From positions 1 to 64,000 of the forward strand of contig JAQGDQ010002385.1 of NCBI GenBank assembly GCA_030141605.1: DNA of 64,000 nucleotides, given 5' to 3'. Shown here in pieces: positions 1-10,938 of this stretch. Origin of the DNA: Tubiluchus corallicola. Taxonomy: Eukaryota; Animalia; Priapulida. A model generated the notes under the pieces. The model made no database searches. It was not told where the DNA came from and saw only the letters and a program-made list of their open reading frames with translations. The translations under genes and the position numbers were made by a program. Every line of letters starts with the position of its first letter. Position 1 is the stretch's first letter.

Positions 1-270
1 ATAGTCAATCGTAACACTACTGTCCGTATCCATAAATGATATTTTCTCATGCACGATAGAGCGCTCAACCGGCGCCTCTTTCACGAAATCAGGGAAAATT
101 TCCTCAAGAGCATAGCCATAAAGCCTTCCCCCTGTCATATTCTTGGAACCGGCGAAATTCCCCCGCTCGATAATAAGCGTTTCAAGACCTTCCTTCGCTG
201 ACAAATAGCCCGCTACACAGCCCGCTATTCCTCCCCCTACAATAATTACATCAAACTTTTCTTCTGACAT
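1..270 (-). CDS. fixC: FixC-like FAD-dependent oxidoreductase, N-terminal part (runs off window)
   Basis: Manual translation from ATG at 270: MSEEKFDVIIVGGGIAGCVAG...ERGNFAGSKNMTGGRLY. GxGxxG FAD motif plus GSKNxTGGRLY FixC signature; directly downstream of fixB. Confidence 0.9.
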   Translation of the reverse strand, partial: MSEEKFDVIIVGGGIAGCVAGYLSAKEGLETLIIERGNFAGSKNMTGGRLYGYALEEIFPDFVKEAPVERSIVHEKISFMDTDSSVTIDY

Positions 271-303
271 ATCACATCCCCCCAAAAAAGTATATATATA
301 CGC

Positions 304-1260
304 CTACTTTTTAAATGCTTCTATCATAGCAGGAACAACTGTATATAAATCCCCAACTATACCATAATCTGCATAGTCAAAAATCGGCGCATTCTTATCT
401 TTATTAATAGCAACAATAGTATGAGAATCTTTTGAGCCAACCATATGCTGAATCTGCCCGGAAATACCTATCGCCATATAAACATCCGGCTTGGCTATAA
501 CATTCGAAATACCAATATAGCGCTCGTGATCCATCCACTTCTCAGTCTCGGCGATCGGCCTAGAGCAAGCCAACTCAGCTTCTATCGTATCCGCTAAGCT
601 CTGAGCAAGACTAATATCATCCTTACAAGCAAATCCTCGTCCAACAGATACAATCCTCTTGGCCTTATTTAAATCGACATTACTTCCTTGCTTGGGACGA
701 CGCTCTATACATTTCACACTATCACCAGGCTCAACAAAGTTAACATGTATCGCCTCTCCCTCCTTAGATAAAGGCTCCTCTGGAACTTCAAATACACCCC
801 CGGTAAGAACCGCGATACCCAAGTCTGTTTCTATAACCTCTTGACCAATAGCAAGACCACCATAAACCATGCGTCTACACTTACAAGAATTGTCCTCTAT
901 CAATAGCTCCGAAACTTCCGTAACAACACCCACATCCAACTTTGCGCCAAGTAAAGAGGCAAGAGCCTTACAACGCCTTGTTCCCGGCATAAGCATCAAT
1001 GCTTTAGTAGAAAATTTCTCAAGAATCTCCGCTATTGTCTGGGCGTAACTCTCTACAATCCTGCTTGAATCCTCCTCACCAAGATAATAAACCTCATCGG
1101 CGCCAAAAGAATAGGCCAACGCAATATCCTCTTGAGATCCAATAATAAAAACAGAAACTTCCTCACCTAATTGAAGGCCACCAGAAATAATTTCAGCTAA
1201 CCGCTCTGAAGAATCACTAAATACCCATATCTTTGAAAGCTTACTCACCTTATCCTCCAT
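304..1260 (-). CDS. fixB: Electron transfer flavoprotein alpha subunit (FixB family)
   Basis: VSVGRG, ACSRP and AIGISGQIQHMVG...AINKDKNAPIF..ADYGIVGDL motifs of ETF-alpha. Confidence 0.93.
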   Translation of the reverse strand: MEDKVSKLSKIWVFSDSSERLAEIISGGLQLGEEVSVFIIGSQEDIALAYSFGADEVYYLGEEDSSRIVESYAQTIAEILEKFSTKALMLMPGTRRCKALASLLGAKLDVGVVTEVSELLIEDNSCKCRRMVYGGLAIGQEVIETDLGIAVLTGGVFEVPEEPLSKEGEAIHVNFVEPGDSVKCIERRPKQGSNVDLNKAKRIVSVGRGFACKDDISLAQSLADTIEAELACSRPIAETEKWMDHERYIGISNVIAKPDVYMAIGISGQIQHMVGSKDSHTIVAINKDKNAPIFDYADYGIVGDLYTVVPAMIEAFKK

Positions 1261-1263
1261 CCA

Positions 1264-2022
1264 TTAAATAACTTTGCGCAAGTTGTTAACAAACTCAGCA
1301 ATTTTGTCCTCAGCATCACCCTCTACAATAATCCGCTTCCGCTCTTTCTGCTTAGGTGCCTTTATATCAACAATAGAAACAAAGTTACCCGCCGTCTCCT
1401 CAACATTCATGACATTAACCGGCTTTTTAGAAGCCCCTAAAATCGCCTTCATGCCAGGTACAGACGGTACATTAATATCTGAAGATACTGAAATCACCGC
1501 TGGTAAAGAAACTTCCAAAACCTCAACCTCATTCTCCAGCGCACGCTCTACCACCAACTTGCCATCCTGAACAGAAACAATTTTACTAACAGCGTTGACC
1601 ACCGCCACGCCTAAAATTCCCCCTATTCTCGACCCTGTTTGCTGCGAGTAAACATCGCCAGAACCATCTCCGCAAATCAGCAAATCAAATCCTATATCCC
1701 TAGAAACATCCGCCATTATTTTAGCCGTTTGATGAGGAAGTAAAAATGTATATTTCTCATCCGTGATGATAACAAGCTCATCCGGCCCTCTGGATAAAAT
1801 ATCCTTGCGAGCTTTCATGTTTTCAAGATCTTTGCCACCAATACTCAATGCCGTAATAGAGACACCCTCTTGAATTTCTTTCACATCTACAGCGGCCTGA
1901 ATAGCATTTAAATCAAACTGACTGATCTTTGGAGCGGCTTTGCTGACATCTAATGTCCCATCCGCACTTACAGTGATATCTTGCTCCTCCGGAACAAGTT
2001 TACAACCAACTAAAATCTTCAT
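1264..2022 (-). CDS. fixA: Electron transfer flavoprotein beta subunit (FixA family)
   Basis: MKILVGCKLVP...ISQFDLNAI, DLLICGDGSGD motif; probable start ATG 2022 (ORF track starts at 2040). Confidence 0.92.
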   Translation of the reverse strand: MKILVGCKLVPEEQDITVSADGTLDVSKAAPKISQFDLNAIQAAVDVKEIQEGVSITALSIGGKDLENMKARKDILSRGPDELVIITDEKYTFLLPHQTAKIMADVSRDIGFDLLICGDGSGDVYSQQTGSRIGGILGVAVVNAVSKIVSVQDGKLVVERALENEVEVLEVSLPAVISVSSDINVPSVPGMKAILGASKKPVNVMNVEETAGNFVSIVDIKAPKQKERKRIIVEGDAEDKIAEFVNNLRKVI

Positions 2023-2431
2023 CGTTTTTCCCTGTCTCAATAGATTATAGTATATAGTTTTGACGCGTTTTTATATACCAATACCTTACTCTACTCAAAG
2101 TATACAGCATATTACAGGAAATACAAGCAAAACATTGAGTAAAACCCCATAAATCAAGTCTTCCAGTGCACTAAAATTATATAAAATATTCTTAAAATAC
2201 AGCTTTCAAAACTCTCTGACTTACAAAAATTTTCTGCTTAAGAAATAAAAACAGGAAAGCACTCTGGATAAAATTATACTATTACTCAAATAATTACTTG
2301 CCTAAGTAAATTTAAAACTCCCAAATCATCTATCGCGCGCATACCATTAAATCAGGTTTGTGGATTTCATAAGATTAGTTTATAATTTTTAAGTCATTAC
2401 TTGAACATAATTTCTAAAAAGGAACAAAAAA

Positions 2432-2605
2432 ATGAAAAAAGGAAAAATCATTTTTAAAGGAAACTTCTGGGAATATTTTGTGATGTCATTAGGACTCTTA
2501 GTGCTATCCGTTTTAACTTTAGGCATTTTGCTCCCTTACTATTTTTATTGGACGTTTAAATACTTTTTTACAAAAATGGAAATAGAAATTTACGATTCTG
2601 AATAA
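2432..2605 (+). CDS. Small membrane protein (57 aa, DUF898/DUF6693-like)
   Basis: Below ORF-track cut-off. AAGGA upstream; MKKGKIIFKGNFWEYFVMSLGLLVLSVLTLGILLPYYFYWTFKYFFTKMEI has the F.G..W...LTLGI.LP pattern. Confidence 0.65.
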   Translation: MKKGKIIFKGNFWEYFVMSLGLLVLSVLTLGILLPYYFYWTFKYFFTKMEIEIYDSE

Positions 2606-2764
2606 ATTAGCTCAATACAAATACAAGAGATTTAAAGAAAACAGACCAAAAAACCCAAAGTGGAAAGTGAAAAAATATATTTAAAAAAGCTATAACACAA
2701 CTGCTATGAAACGTATAACGCTAAGCATTAAAAAGTTTAGCATGTTAAAAATACTGTATTTTAC

Positions 2765-3454
2765 ATGGAATTCTTACTCTTAATTTTCATCATCGCTTGT
2801 GTTGCCAGCTATATTTTTCAAGATAAAGACAAGCAATACAAAAAAACAGCATATTATCAAGTAACACAAAACCTATACCCGTCTGTCAAATATGATAAAG
2901 GAAAATATGGAGAGTATCTGGCATATAAGCGTTTGCGGCACTTCGAAAATATGGGCGGCAAGTTCTTATTTAATATCTATATACCCAAATGGAACAACGA
3001 AACAACCGAAATTGACATGATTCTGATCTGCTCAAAGGGTCTGTTCGTTTTTGAAAGCAAAAACTATAGCGGGTGGATTTTTGGTAGCGAAAGGAATAGA
3101 AACTGGACACAAACACTCCCACGAGGAAGAGGGCGCGGTAGCGATAAGCATCACTTTTACAACCCGATCATGCAAAACGCCGCTCATATAAAACATCTAA
3201 AGCGTCTCATTCGCGGAAATATACCCATGCGCTCCATCATTGTCTTTTCAGATGAGTGCACTCTTAAAAATATAACAAATAATAGTAACGCCAGAGTTGT
3301 AAATTGCTATGACGTCGCGTCTGCCGTTGGTGAAATTTACAATCAGGCCGCTGAATTTTTAACTCATATAGAAATAGAAACTCTTTATAACAAGCTTTAT
3401 CCCTTTACGCAGGTTAGCTGTGATGTAAAAAAACGGCATATAAATAAAGCCTAA
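2765..3454 (+). CDS. NERD (nuclease-related domain) protein with N-terminal membrane anchor
   Basis: GKYGE, TTEIDMILI, FVFESKNYSGWIFG and FYNPIMQNAAHI NERD motifs. Confidence 0.9.
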   Translation: MEFLLLIFIIACVASYIFQDKDKQYKKTAYYQVTQNLYPSVKYDKGKYGEYLAYKRLRHFENMGGKFLFNIYIPKWNNETTEIDMILICSKGLFVFESKNYSGWIFGSERNRNWTQTLPRGRGRGSDKHHFYNPIMQNAAHIKHLKRLIRGNIPMRSIIVFSDECTLKNITNNSNARVVNCYDVASAVGEIYNQAAEFLTHIEIETLYNKLYPFTQVSCDVKKRHINKA

Positions 3455-3520
3455 GAACTCAGCGCTTCCGTCGATTTTAAACAGTTGGGTTTTCTAGTTG
3501 AAAATTTCGCTCCCAATTAA

Positions 3521-3592
3521 TAACGAGAAAAAGAAACTTCAGCCTCACAACGGTTTGCAAAACCGCCCCATGTAACCATTCCAGAATTCCTC
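3521..3592 (-). pseudogene. Degenerate tRNA-Ser-like remnant
   Basis: Minus strand reads GGAATGGTTACATGGGGCGGTTTTGCAAACCGTTGTGAGG, resembling the D-arm, anticodon arm and variable arm of tRNA-Ser(TGA); T-arm and acceptor are eroded. Confidence 0.4.
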
Positions 3593-3661
3593 AAAAACTC
3601 AATATAATACACAATCCATAATCAATATATACTCAAATCAACAATAGCATCATAAAAAATA

Positions 3662-3706
3662 TGTCGATAAAACTTGACAAATTAAACATGTCCATTATTA
3701 TCGACG
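3662..3706 (+). promoter_or_regulatory. ars promoter with ArsR operator-like inverted repeat
   Basis: TTGACA at 3674; inverted repeat TGTCGATAA (3662) / TTATCGACG (3698) immediately upstream of arsR. Confidence 0.6.
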
Positions 3707-3707
3707 C

Positions 3708-4028
3708 ATGAACATAAAAAACGCACTCAATGCCTTCACCGCACTCTCACAGGAAACACGGCTGAAGACTTTCAAAATCTTAATCGAATACGGAAATAAC
3801 GGCACAACAGCCGGAGCAATCAGCGAACGACTCGCCATACCACACAACACACTCTCCTTCCACTTATCTCACCTCACACAATCTGGGCTAATCACCGTAC
3901 AGAAACAAGGACGAACAATGATTTACACAGCAAATATCGCATCTATCGAAGAGTTGATAGATTATTTACGCGAAAATTGCTGCACCCTCCAAGAAAACAA
4001 TAACAAAAACTGCACACTAAACAGATAA
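3708..4028 (+). CDS. arsR: ArsR/SmtB metalloregulator
   Basis: ALSQETRL..F..L, HTH PHNTLSFHL, C-terminal ENCC motif; precedes acr3. Confidence 0.9.
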   Translation: MNIKNALNAFTALSQETRLKTFKILIEYGNNGTTAGAISERLAIPHNTLSFHLSHLTQSGLITVQKQGRTMIYTANIASIEELIDYLRENCCTLQENNNKNCTLNR

Positions 4029-4096
4029 AAATACCCCCCCGTAAATAACTCACTCATCACTCCAAATATGAAAACAACTTACTTGAAGAAATCACT

Positions 4097-5143
4097 ATGA
4101 CAAAAATACACTCTCCTCTCGGCTTTTTCGAACATTATCTCTCACTGTGGATCGCACTGTGTATCGCGGTCGGTGTCGGACTTGGTATAGCGATCCCTTC
4201 CCTCTTCAAAACCATCGCCAGTATGGAATACGCTAGCGTAAACCTCGTGGTGGCCGTGCTCATCTGGATCATGATCTACCCAATGATGGTCAATGTCGAC
4301 TTCGACTCCATAAAAAATATAGGCCGTAAACCAAAAGGGCTATTCATCACACTTGTCATCAACTGGTTGATAAAACCATTCACAATGGCCGCGCTCGCTA
4401 TACTCTTTTTTGAATATGTGTTTGCCGGACTGGTCACACCAGAAAACGCTAAAGAATATATCGCCGGAATGATCCTGCTCGGCGTGGCACCATGCACCGC
4501 GATGGTATTCGTCTGGAGCCAACTTGTAAACGGAGATCCCAACTACACACTGGTGCAAGTCTCCATCAACGATATCATTATGATCTTCGCATTCGCACCA
4601 ATCGCCGCCTTGCTCCTAGGCGTCACCGATATCATCGTGCCATGGAAAACCTTGCTCCTCTCCGTCATACTGTATGTCGTGATCCCACTCGCCGCAGGAT
4701 ATGCGACCAGAAAAAAACTCAACCATAAAAATAATCACGATCGAATCACACACTTCACAGCTAAAATAAAGCCTTTCTCCATAATAGGGTTACTCGCCAC
4801 CGTAATACTGCTTTTTGGCTTTCAAGCGCAAACCATTCTACATAAACCGATGGTCATCGCTCTGATCGCTATACCACTCTTAATCCAAAGCTATGGCATC
4901 TTTATCATCGCATATGGATGGGCATACCTCTGGCGTGTGCCATTCTCTATCGCCGCACCCGCTGCACTGATCGGAACATCCAACTTCTTCGAGCTCGCAG
5001 TAGCCGTCGCTATCAGCCTGTTTGGACTCAACTCAGGAGCAGCACTGGCCACAGTCGTTGGCGTACTGGTCGAAGTTCCCGTCATGCTCTCACTCGTAGC
5101 GCTCGCCAACCGGACACAAAGTAAATTTAAATCCATACAATAA
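4097..5143 (+). CDS. acr3: ACR3-family arsenite efflux transporter
   Basis: [39 protein letters not shown] and GVLVEVPVM signatures. Confidence 0.95.
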   Translation: MTKIHSPLGFFEHYLSLWIALCIAVGVGLGIAIPSLFKTIASMEYASVNLVVAVLIWIMIYPMMVNVDFDSIKNIGRKPKGLFITLVINWLIKPFTMAALAILFFEYVFAGLVTPENAKEYIAGMILLGVAPCTAMVFVWSQLVNGDPNYTLVQVSINDIIMIFAFAPIAALLLGVTDIIVPWKTLLLSVILYVVIPLAAGYATRKKLNHKNNHDRITHFTAKIKPFSIIGLLATVILLFGFQAQTILHKPMVIALIAIPLLIQSYGIFIIAYGWAYLWRVPFSIAAPAALIGTSNFFELAVAVAISLFGLNSGAALATVVGVLVEVPVMLSLVALANRTQSKFKSIQ

Positions 5144-5352
5144 TCCCTTACTTACTATATTTTCCACATATTCAATGAATTACCAAGACCAACAGATTTA
5201 CGGAGCGAATCAAGCCGATCAAAAGGCAAACATCTTTGTGAAAATTTGAAAAGAAAAACCGACTCCATTTTATCGCGTTGTTCATTTCTAACCACAGCCA
5301 TGCTATACATTTATTATACTCTATATTTATTGACGTTAATCAGGTGCCGATA

Positions 5353-6015
5353 ATGAAATATTACGCTGTTTTCATGTGTTTGCTAATATTAACGGCTTGT
5401 AGCGCAACAACAAGCCTGAGCGGAATTGTTGATCCGAATTACAAGGATAATTTCCAAGCTAAAAAAATTCTCGTCTTAAGCTCTGGCATGCTTATAGGGG
5501 AACAAAAAATACTAGAAAACACATTAGAGAAATCCCTCGAAAAATATGATGTTCAGATCTTACGAGGATTAGAAATCCTGCCTCCTACAAGAGACTATTC
5601 TGACAAAGATATTTATACAACCGCCAGAAATAAAGGCGCTGACACTCTGCTGCTGCTCAGCGTGGATAGAGGTGTCTCGGAATCCTATATACCACCAGCT
5701 TACTATCCCACAACATCCACAAGCTACGCTTCTGAATATGACCATTTTACAACGATTAACACATACACCTCACCCACCTTCACCACAGGGGGCTACAACG
5801 TCAAAAAACCCGAGATGAATATTAGCGTTAATCTAAAAGATATAAAAAACAAAGAAACCATCTGGATCGCTGAAGGATTCAGTAATGGTAATGCCTACAC
5901 CTCTTTTTCAGATTTAACCGTCAGCATCGCGAAAACAACCGTGGAAGAACTCTCTAACGCAGGATTTTTCACTGAAAAAGACGTTCCAAAACTAAGCAAA
6001 ACCTCACAAGAATAG
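5353..6015 (+). CDS. Putative lipoprotein
   Basis: Probable start 5353: MKYYAVFMCLLILTAC with lipobox LTAC. Confidence 0.7.
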   Translation: MKYYAVFMCLLILTACSATTSLSGIVDPNYKDNFQAKKILVLSSGMLIGEQKILENTLEKSLEKYDVQILRGLEILPPTRDYSDKDIYTTARNKGADTLLLLSVDRGVSESYIPPAYYPTTSTSYASEYDHFTTINTYTSPTFTTGGYNVKKPEMNISVNLKDIKNKETIWIAEGFSNGNAYTSFSDLTVSIAKTTVEELSNAGFFTEKDVPKLSKTSQE

Positions 6016-6448
6016 TTGTAATTATCTATTTTTCGGCGACAAAGCTTCAGATTCTTCACTAAAACGATTCTTTTCAGATTTAATAAACCGTCAGCTAGTT
6101 TTGCCTGCCTGCCGGCATCCAACAGTCATGACCATATATTGGAACCTGTAAAGTAATCGCCGGCGCTTTTCTGCGCCTTTGGTTATTAGAGCACGCGAAT
6201 CTGTCGATTTAATAGTAAAAGAAAATAAGAATGTATCAATATAATCGAATGAACAAAATCTCGCCAAAGATTCCATCCACTTTACATTACTGGATTGGAC
6301 GACTCGACAGTATAGATTTTCAGCAACCTCAACCTACAGCTGCATTTCTTTCAAAGATTAGGGCTTTTGAAGGCGCGTACTCCAGCCAATAACCACTAAC
6401 TCATGTTTGCGAAAAAAGGGCTTTAGACATTAGCATCCATAATTTCTT

Positions 6449-7771
6449 TTAGTTTCTATTTTTACCTAGCAATTCATCAATTTGTTGGCTGACCAAAGAC
6501 TCTGTTAATTCTGTAAAACCAAACAGTTCATATAATGGTTTAAGAATTTCTAATATAGTTGGCTTTAAGTTAACAGAAATATCTGATATTTTTATTTCAT
6601 ATATAGGCGTTTTATAGCTAGGCTCCGTTGAGCTAGGACCTTCTGGCCCACGGGGCCAACGTTCTAATGTCCGCCCCTCTAAACCATTCCAACCAAATTG
6701 GGTATTAATACGATCAATTTCTAATTTTTCAGCTAGCTGTTTGGAATGAAGTAAACATTCTCCTACCCTGTATATTGGAAGGCTATTAATGAATATTTCG
6801 CCCGGTGAGATACCTCCTTCAACCATATCATCTTCTTGAAAGCCTCTAATTAAAAATAAGAAACCTTTATTGGAAGCTTTCCAATAATCCGCACGTATCA
6901 CACTTTTTGCATCTTTGCCAAACCATGCTTCTATTCCATCTTTTAGAGGAGCTGGTATCCCTTCCTTGCCTGAACATAAAAATGGATGAAAGGGTGTATA
7001 CCCTTTTATACGCTCTAATACCTCTTTAAGCTTGCTACTTGTTATTGATATATTGGGCAGCAATTCATATGCAAACCAATAATAGCCATGCTTAAATCTT
7101 GCGGGATCATCTTCTGGAAGATCTTTTACTTTATTTTTCCAGTTGTCCAAGGAATCATTAATCCAATTTTTCAATTCACTTTCATTATTTTTGGATTCAA
7201 TCTCCGTGCCTTTTAAAATCCGTTCTATATTGGAAAGCAGTTCGTCTTTATGTAATAATGTTTTTGATCCAAGGAAATCGTCCCATTCTTTACCTGTTGA
7301 AGGTATTTCAGATTTTGGCCCTTGTTTTCTAATAAAATACCCATTGTGAACTTTCAAATGTTCACCAGGTCCCTTTCCTTTTGCTCTAACAGGTGTTGGA
7401 TGGTTTTTTGGCACTTTAATAACAAAATGTTTGTTATTTTCTTCTGAGACTCCATTATAAATCTCTATTTCAACAGGGGGCTCTATATGTTTTTTTTATT
7501 ATTGAATTTATATGGTCTACAGTATATCGATCTTCTTTTATTTCTGGAGGATTTTTGGAGGCATAGATAATGATTTACGTTCTTTATCGTCAAACCCTAT
7601 CAATATATAGCCTGCATTACGGTTAGTCAGAGCGACTATTGCCTTTATAAGAGCGCATTTATGCGTGTCATCATTTAGGTCCAGCCAACTTTTTAATTCA
7701 ATATCCATTCGCTCTTGACTATATTTGCGAGATCGAATGAGTGAACTGATTTGTTGTTCTGTAAGAAACAT
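6449..7771 (-). pseudogene. Schlafen/AlbA_2-domain protein interrupted by two compensating frameshifts
   Basis: N-part has ERMDIELKSWL...IKAIVALTN..GYILIG (AlbA_2). ORFs 7538-7771 and 6449-7414 are in the same frame; the gap reads open in another frame between A5 and A8 runs. Confidence 0.65.
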
Positions 7772-8146
7772 TATTTTCTCTCCCTATTTTGGAATTCGTT
7801 TCTCTTTCCAGTTATTGGATCGCTTAAGAGTCTAAACATCAAGCTATGGTCGCATGAGATCATCTCTTAACTCTCTGATTTTTTATCAAATATCCGAAAT
7901 TTGAAATTTTCCTGGAAGCTCCAAATTTTTCATGCGCTATACCCTCATTTCGGTCTAAAAGCACCCTGATAACTCCGCTCTGTCTATAATTAATCGCAAT
8001 ATTCACACTTCATTAACGTGATAATTAATATAATCACTTGATTGTCAGTATTAATATATAGTATTAATATCTTCATCTAAAACTGACTTAGACTATATAA
8101 TAAATATCATAATTATTTTAACAACCTTATAAGTGGCACAGTAAAC

Positions 8147-10090
8147 TTGAACAAGCTAAAAGTTCAGCAGGTTCAATCGCTCATGAAAAAAATCTTCTTG
8201 AGAGGATTAAAGATTGCCGGGAGCCATAGCTCTGAGTCGGCATACTCAGAAACCTTTTATGACAAAATAGTAAATGTTATTATGATACAAAACGAAAAAA
8301 AAATGATAGACACAATGATATTAACAGCAGGGCCTTCCATAACTCAAAAAGAAATTGAATATGGAACTGACGCAATCAAAAATGGCTGGAATAATCACCA
8401 TAGTGATTATATCAGAAAATTCGAAGACGCTTTTAGAAATTACACACATACAAATTATGCCATGACCACCTCAAGTTGCACTGGCGCCATGCATTTGGCT
8501 TTGCTTGCCTATGGAATCAAGGAAGGTGACGAGGTCATCGTGCCCGAAATAACGTGGATTGCTACAGCCGCAGTTGTAAGATACGTAGGGGCGACTCCTG
8601 TATTTTGTGATGTGGATGAGGAAACTTGGACACTGTGTCCTAAATCCTTAGAATCTAAAATAACACCAAAAACCAAAGCGATAATACCAGTTCATCTTTA
8701 TGGGCACCCTTGTGAAATGGACCCCGTCTGGAACCTAGCAAAAAAACATAATTTAATTATTATGGAGGACGCAGCTCAATCAATAGGAGCGGAATATAAA
8801 GGACAAAAAACAGGCTCTTTGGGTGATGCGGCAGCTTTTAGCTTTCAAGGAGCAAAGGCTCTGGTTACCGGAGAGGGGGGGATGTTATTATGCAAAGAAA
8901 AAGACATCTTTGAAAAAGCGAAATTTAAAGGAGATCATGGTCGAGATCCAAATAAAGCACTGTTTAATATTGACATTGGCTATAAATACAAAATGTCCAA
9001 TCTACAAGCTGCCATAGGACTCGCTCAAATAGAAAGAGTTGAGGAAATCGTCGCAAGAAAAAGAAAAATATTTGGCTGGTATCACGATAGGCTAAAAGAT
9101 ATAGAGGAAATAAGCCTAAATGCCCAAAAATCCTGGGCAAAAAACATCTATTGGATGAGTTCAATAATTCTCTCTAATAAAATCAAATTTTCTAGAGATG
9201 AGTTTATACAAGAATTAAAATCTAGAAAAATTGATTCAAGACCAATATTTTATCCCATCAGCTCATTTTCCATGTTTGAGAATCAAGATAACCCTAACGC
9301 TTATTTTATTGGACACAGAGGAATTAATTTACCAAGTGGCCACAATAGAACAGAGGAGGAAATCGATTATATTTGCCAACATATCAAAGATATACTTGGT
9401 TATAAAACTAAAGGGGCTTCAACTAAAGGATGGCTAAAATACAGAGAAAACACAATTCACGCATTTAAATTAATAAAAAAAGAATATAATAAAGAAAATA
9501 ATATACCAATAATCAATAACCAAAAAATTATCGGGCAATTAATCCCAATAACAAAAGAAACACTCAATAATTCCAAAGACATAGATTTGCTGGCGAAATG
9601 GCGAGATGAAAATCAAGAATGGTTTCCGACTCAATTTAAAGTTACGATTAAAGGAACGAAAAAATGGTTAGAAAAATCACTATTGGAAGAGCCCGATCGT
9701 TTATTATATTTTGTGTGCAATAATGGCGGGGAGCAGATTGGCCATATCGGATTATATAGATTTGATTACAAAAACAAACGGTGCGAGATAGATAATATTA
9801 TCCGTGGTAATCCAGGAGATAAGGGCATCATGGAGGCATCGTGCAAATCTTTGATTGATCACGCGATGGCTAAATATGAATTGAAAAATATCTATCTTAA
9901 AGTATTTTCTGACAACCAAAGAGCGCTAAAACTTTATAACCGATTAGGATTTGAGGAGATTCAAAGAATCCCTCTAATAAAAAATATTAATAATGGCATC
10001 GTTTCTTGGTCTCAAAATCTTGAATCAAATTACAATGAAATAAATAGATATTTTGTTACTATGAAACTGAAAGCTAAACAGCAAAAATAG
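8147..10090 (+). CDS. DegT/DnrJ sugar aminotransferase (perosamine synthase-like) fused to a C-terminal GNAT domain
   Basis: SSCTGAMHLAL, EDAAQS and FSFQGAKALVTGEGG PLP motifs; C-terminal GNAT with VFSDNQRALKLYNRLGF. Real start probably 8282 or 8303. Confidence 0.88.
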   Translation: MNKLKVQQVQSLMKKIFLRGLKIAGSHSSESAYSETFYDKIVNVIMIQNEKKMIDTMILTAGPSITQKEIEYGTDAIKNGWNNHHSDYIRKFEDAFRNYTHTNYAMTTSSCTGAMHLALLAYGIKEGDEVIVPEITWIATAAVVRYVGATPVFCDVDEETWTLCPKSLESKITPKTKAIIPVHLYGHPCEMDPVWNLAKKHNLIIMEDAAQSIGAEYKGQKTGSLGDAAAFSFQGAKALVTGEGGMLLCKEKDIFEKAKFKGDHGRDPNKALFNIDIGYKYKMSNLQAAIGLAQIERVEEIVARKRKIFGWYHDRLKDIEEISLNAQKSWAKNIYWMSSIILSNKIKFSRDEFIQELKSRKIDSRPIFYPISSFSMFENQDNPNAYFIGHRGINLPSGHNRTEEEIDYICQHIKDILGYKTKGASTKGWLKYRENTIHAFKLIKKEYNKENNIPIINNQKIIGQLIPITKETLNNSKDIDLLAKWRDENQEWFPTQFKVTIKGTKKWLEKSLLEEPDRLLYFVCNNGGEQIGHIGLYRFDYKNKRCEIDNIIRGNPGDKGIMEASCKSLIDHAMAKYELKNIYLKVFSDNQRALKLYNRLGFEEIQRIPLIKNINNGIVSWSQNLESNYNEINRYFVTMKLKAKQQK

Positions 10091-10098
10091 ATCAACTA

Positions 10099-10938
10099 AT
10101 GCAATTAAAGTTAAAAATAATTGAACAGTCAAAAAAAGCAGGCGTTGGCCATATAGGCTCAGCACTTTCTATTATTGATATATTATCTGTTTTATATGGT
10201 AAAATAATAGATATTGATGATGTGGAATCAAATCAAAGAGATAGGTTTATTCTTTCAAAAGGCCACGCCGCTCTTGCCTTATATGTAACATTATACGCAA
10301 AAAAATTGATTACACAGAAAGAATTAGATAGCTATTGTCAGAATAATAGTAAATTAGGTGTTCACCCAGAGCATTTTGTCAAAGGAATAGACTTCGCAAC
10401 AGGCTCTTTGGGGCAAGGCGTTACTTTTGCAACAGGGGCTGCGCTTGCCACTAAAATAGAAAAATCACCAAGAATGGTATATTGCTTGCTAAGCGACGCA
10501 GAATTAAACGAAGGATCTTTTTGGGAGACAATTTTATTTGCCGCTCATCATAAATTATCAAATTTAGTCTTTATTTTAGACAATAATGGGCAACAGGCTT
10601 TAGGATATACAAGAGAGATTATTAATATTAACAATATAGTTAAAAAAATAGAAGATTTTGGATTTAACTCTTATGCCATAGACGGTCATAATAGAATTGA
10701 AATAGAAAATTGTTTAAATGATATAAAATCTATCTCTAAAAATAATACATCTATAAAGCCACACTTTATTGTCGCCGATACGGTGTGTGGAAAAGATATC
10801 TCTTATATGGAAAAGACCATAGAGTGGCATTATAAATCAATGGATGATGAACAATATAATCAAGCACTGAAAGAGCTAAATGAAAAACAACTTGATAAAA
10901 AAACAAGAGATATAGTGTCACCAGCTAATGAGAAATGA
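10099..10938 (+). CDS. Transketolase N-terminal (TPP-binding) subunit
   Basis: GHIGSALS, RDRFILSKGH, TGSLGQG, SDAELNEG...DNN TPP motif. Confidence 0.92.
   Translation: MQLKLKIIEQSKKAGVGHIGSALSIIDILSVLYGKIIDIDDVESNQRDRFILSKGHAALALYVTLYAKKLITQKELDSYCQNNSKLGVHPEHFVKGIDFATGSLGQGVTFATGAALATKIEKSPRMVYCLLSDAELNEGSFWETILFAAHHKLSNLVFILDNNGQQALGYTREIININNIVKKIEDFGFNSYAIDGHNRIEIENCLNDIKSISKNNTSIKPHFIVADTVCGKDISYMEKTIEWHYKSMDDEQYNQALKELNEKQLDKKTRDIVSPANEK

Noticed and set aside
6091-6276. 61-aa minus-strand ORF
   Set aside because: No RBS or motif; probably intergenic debris
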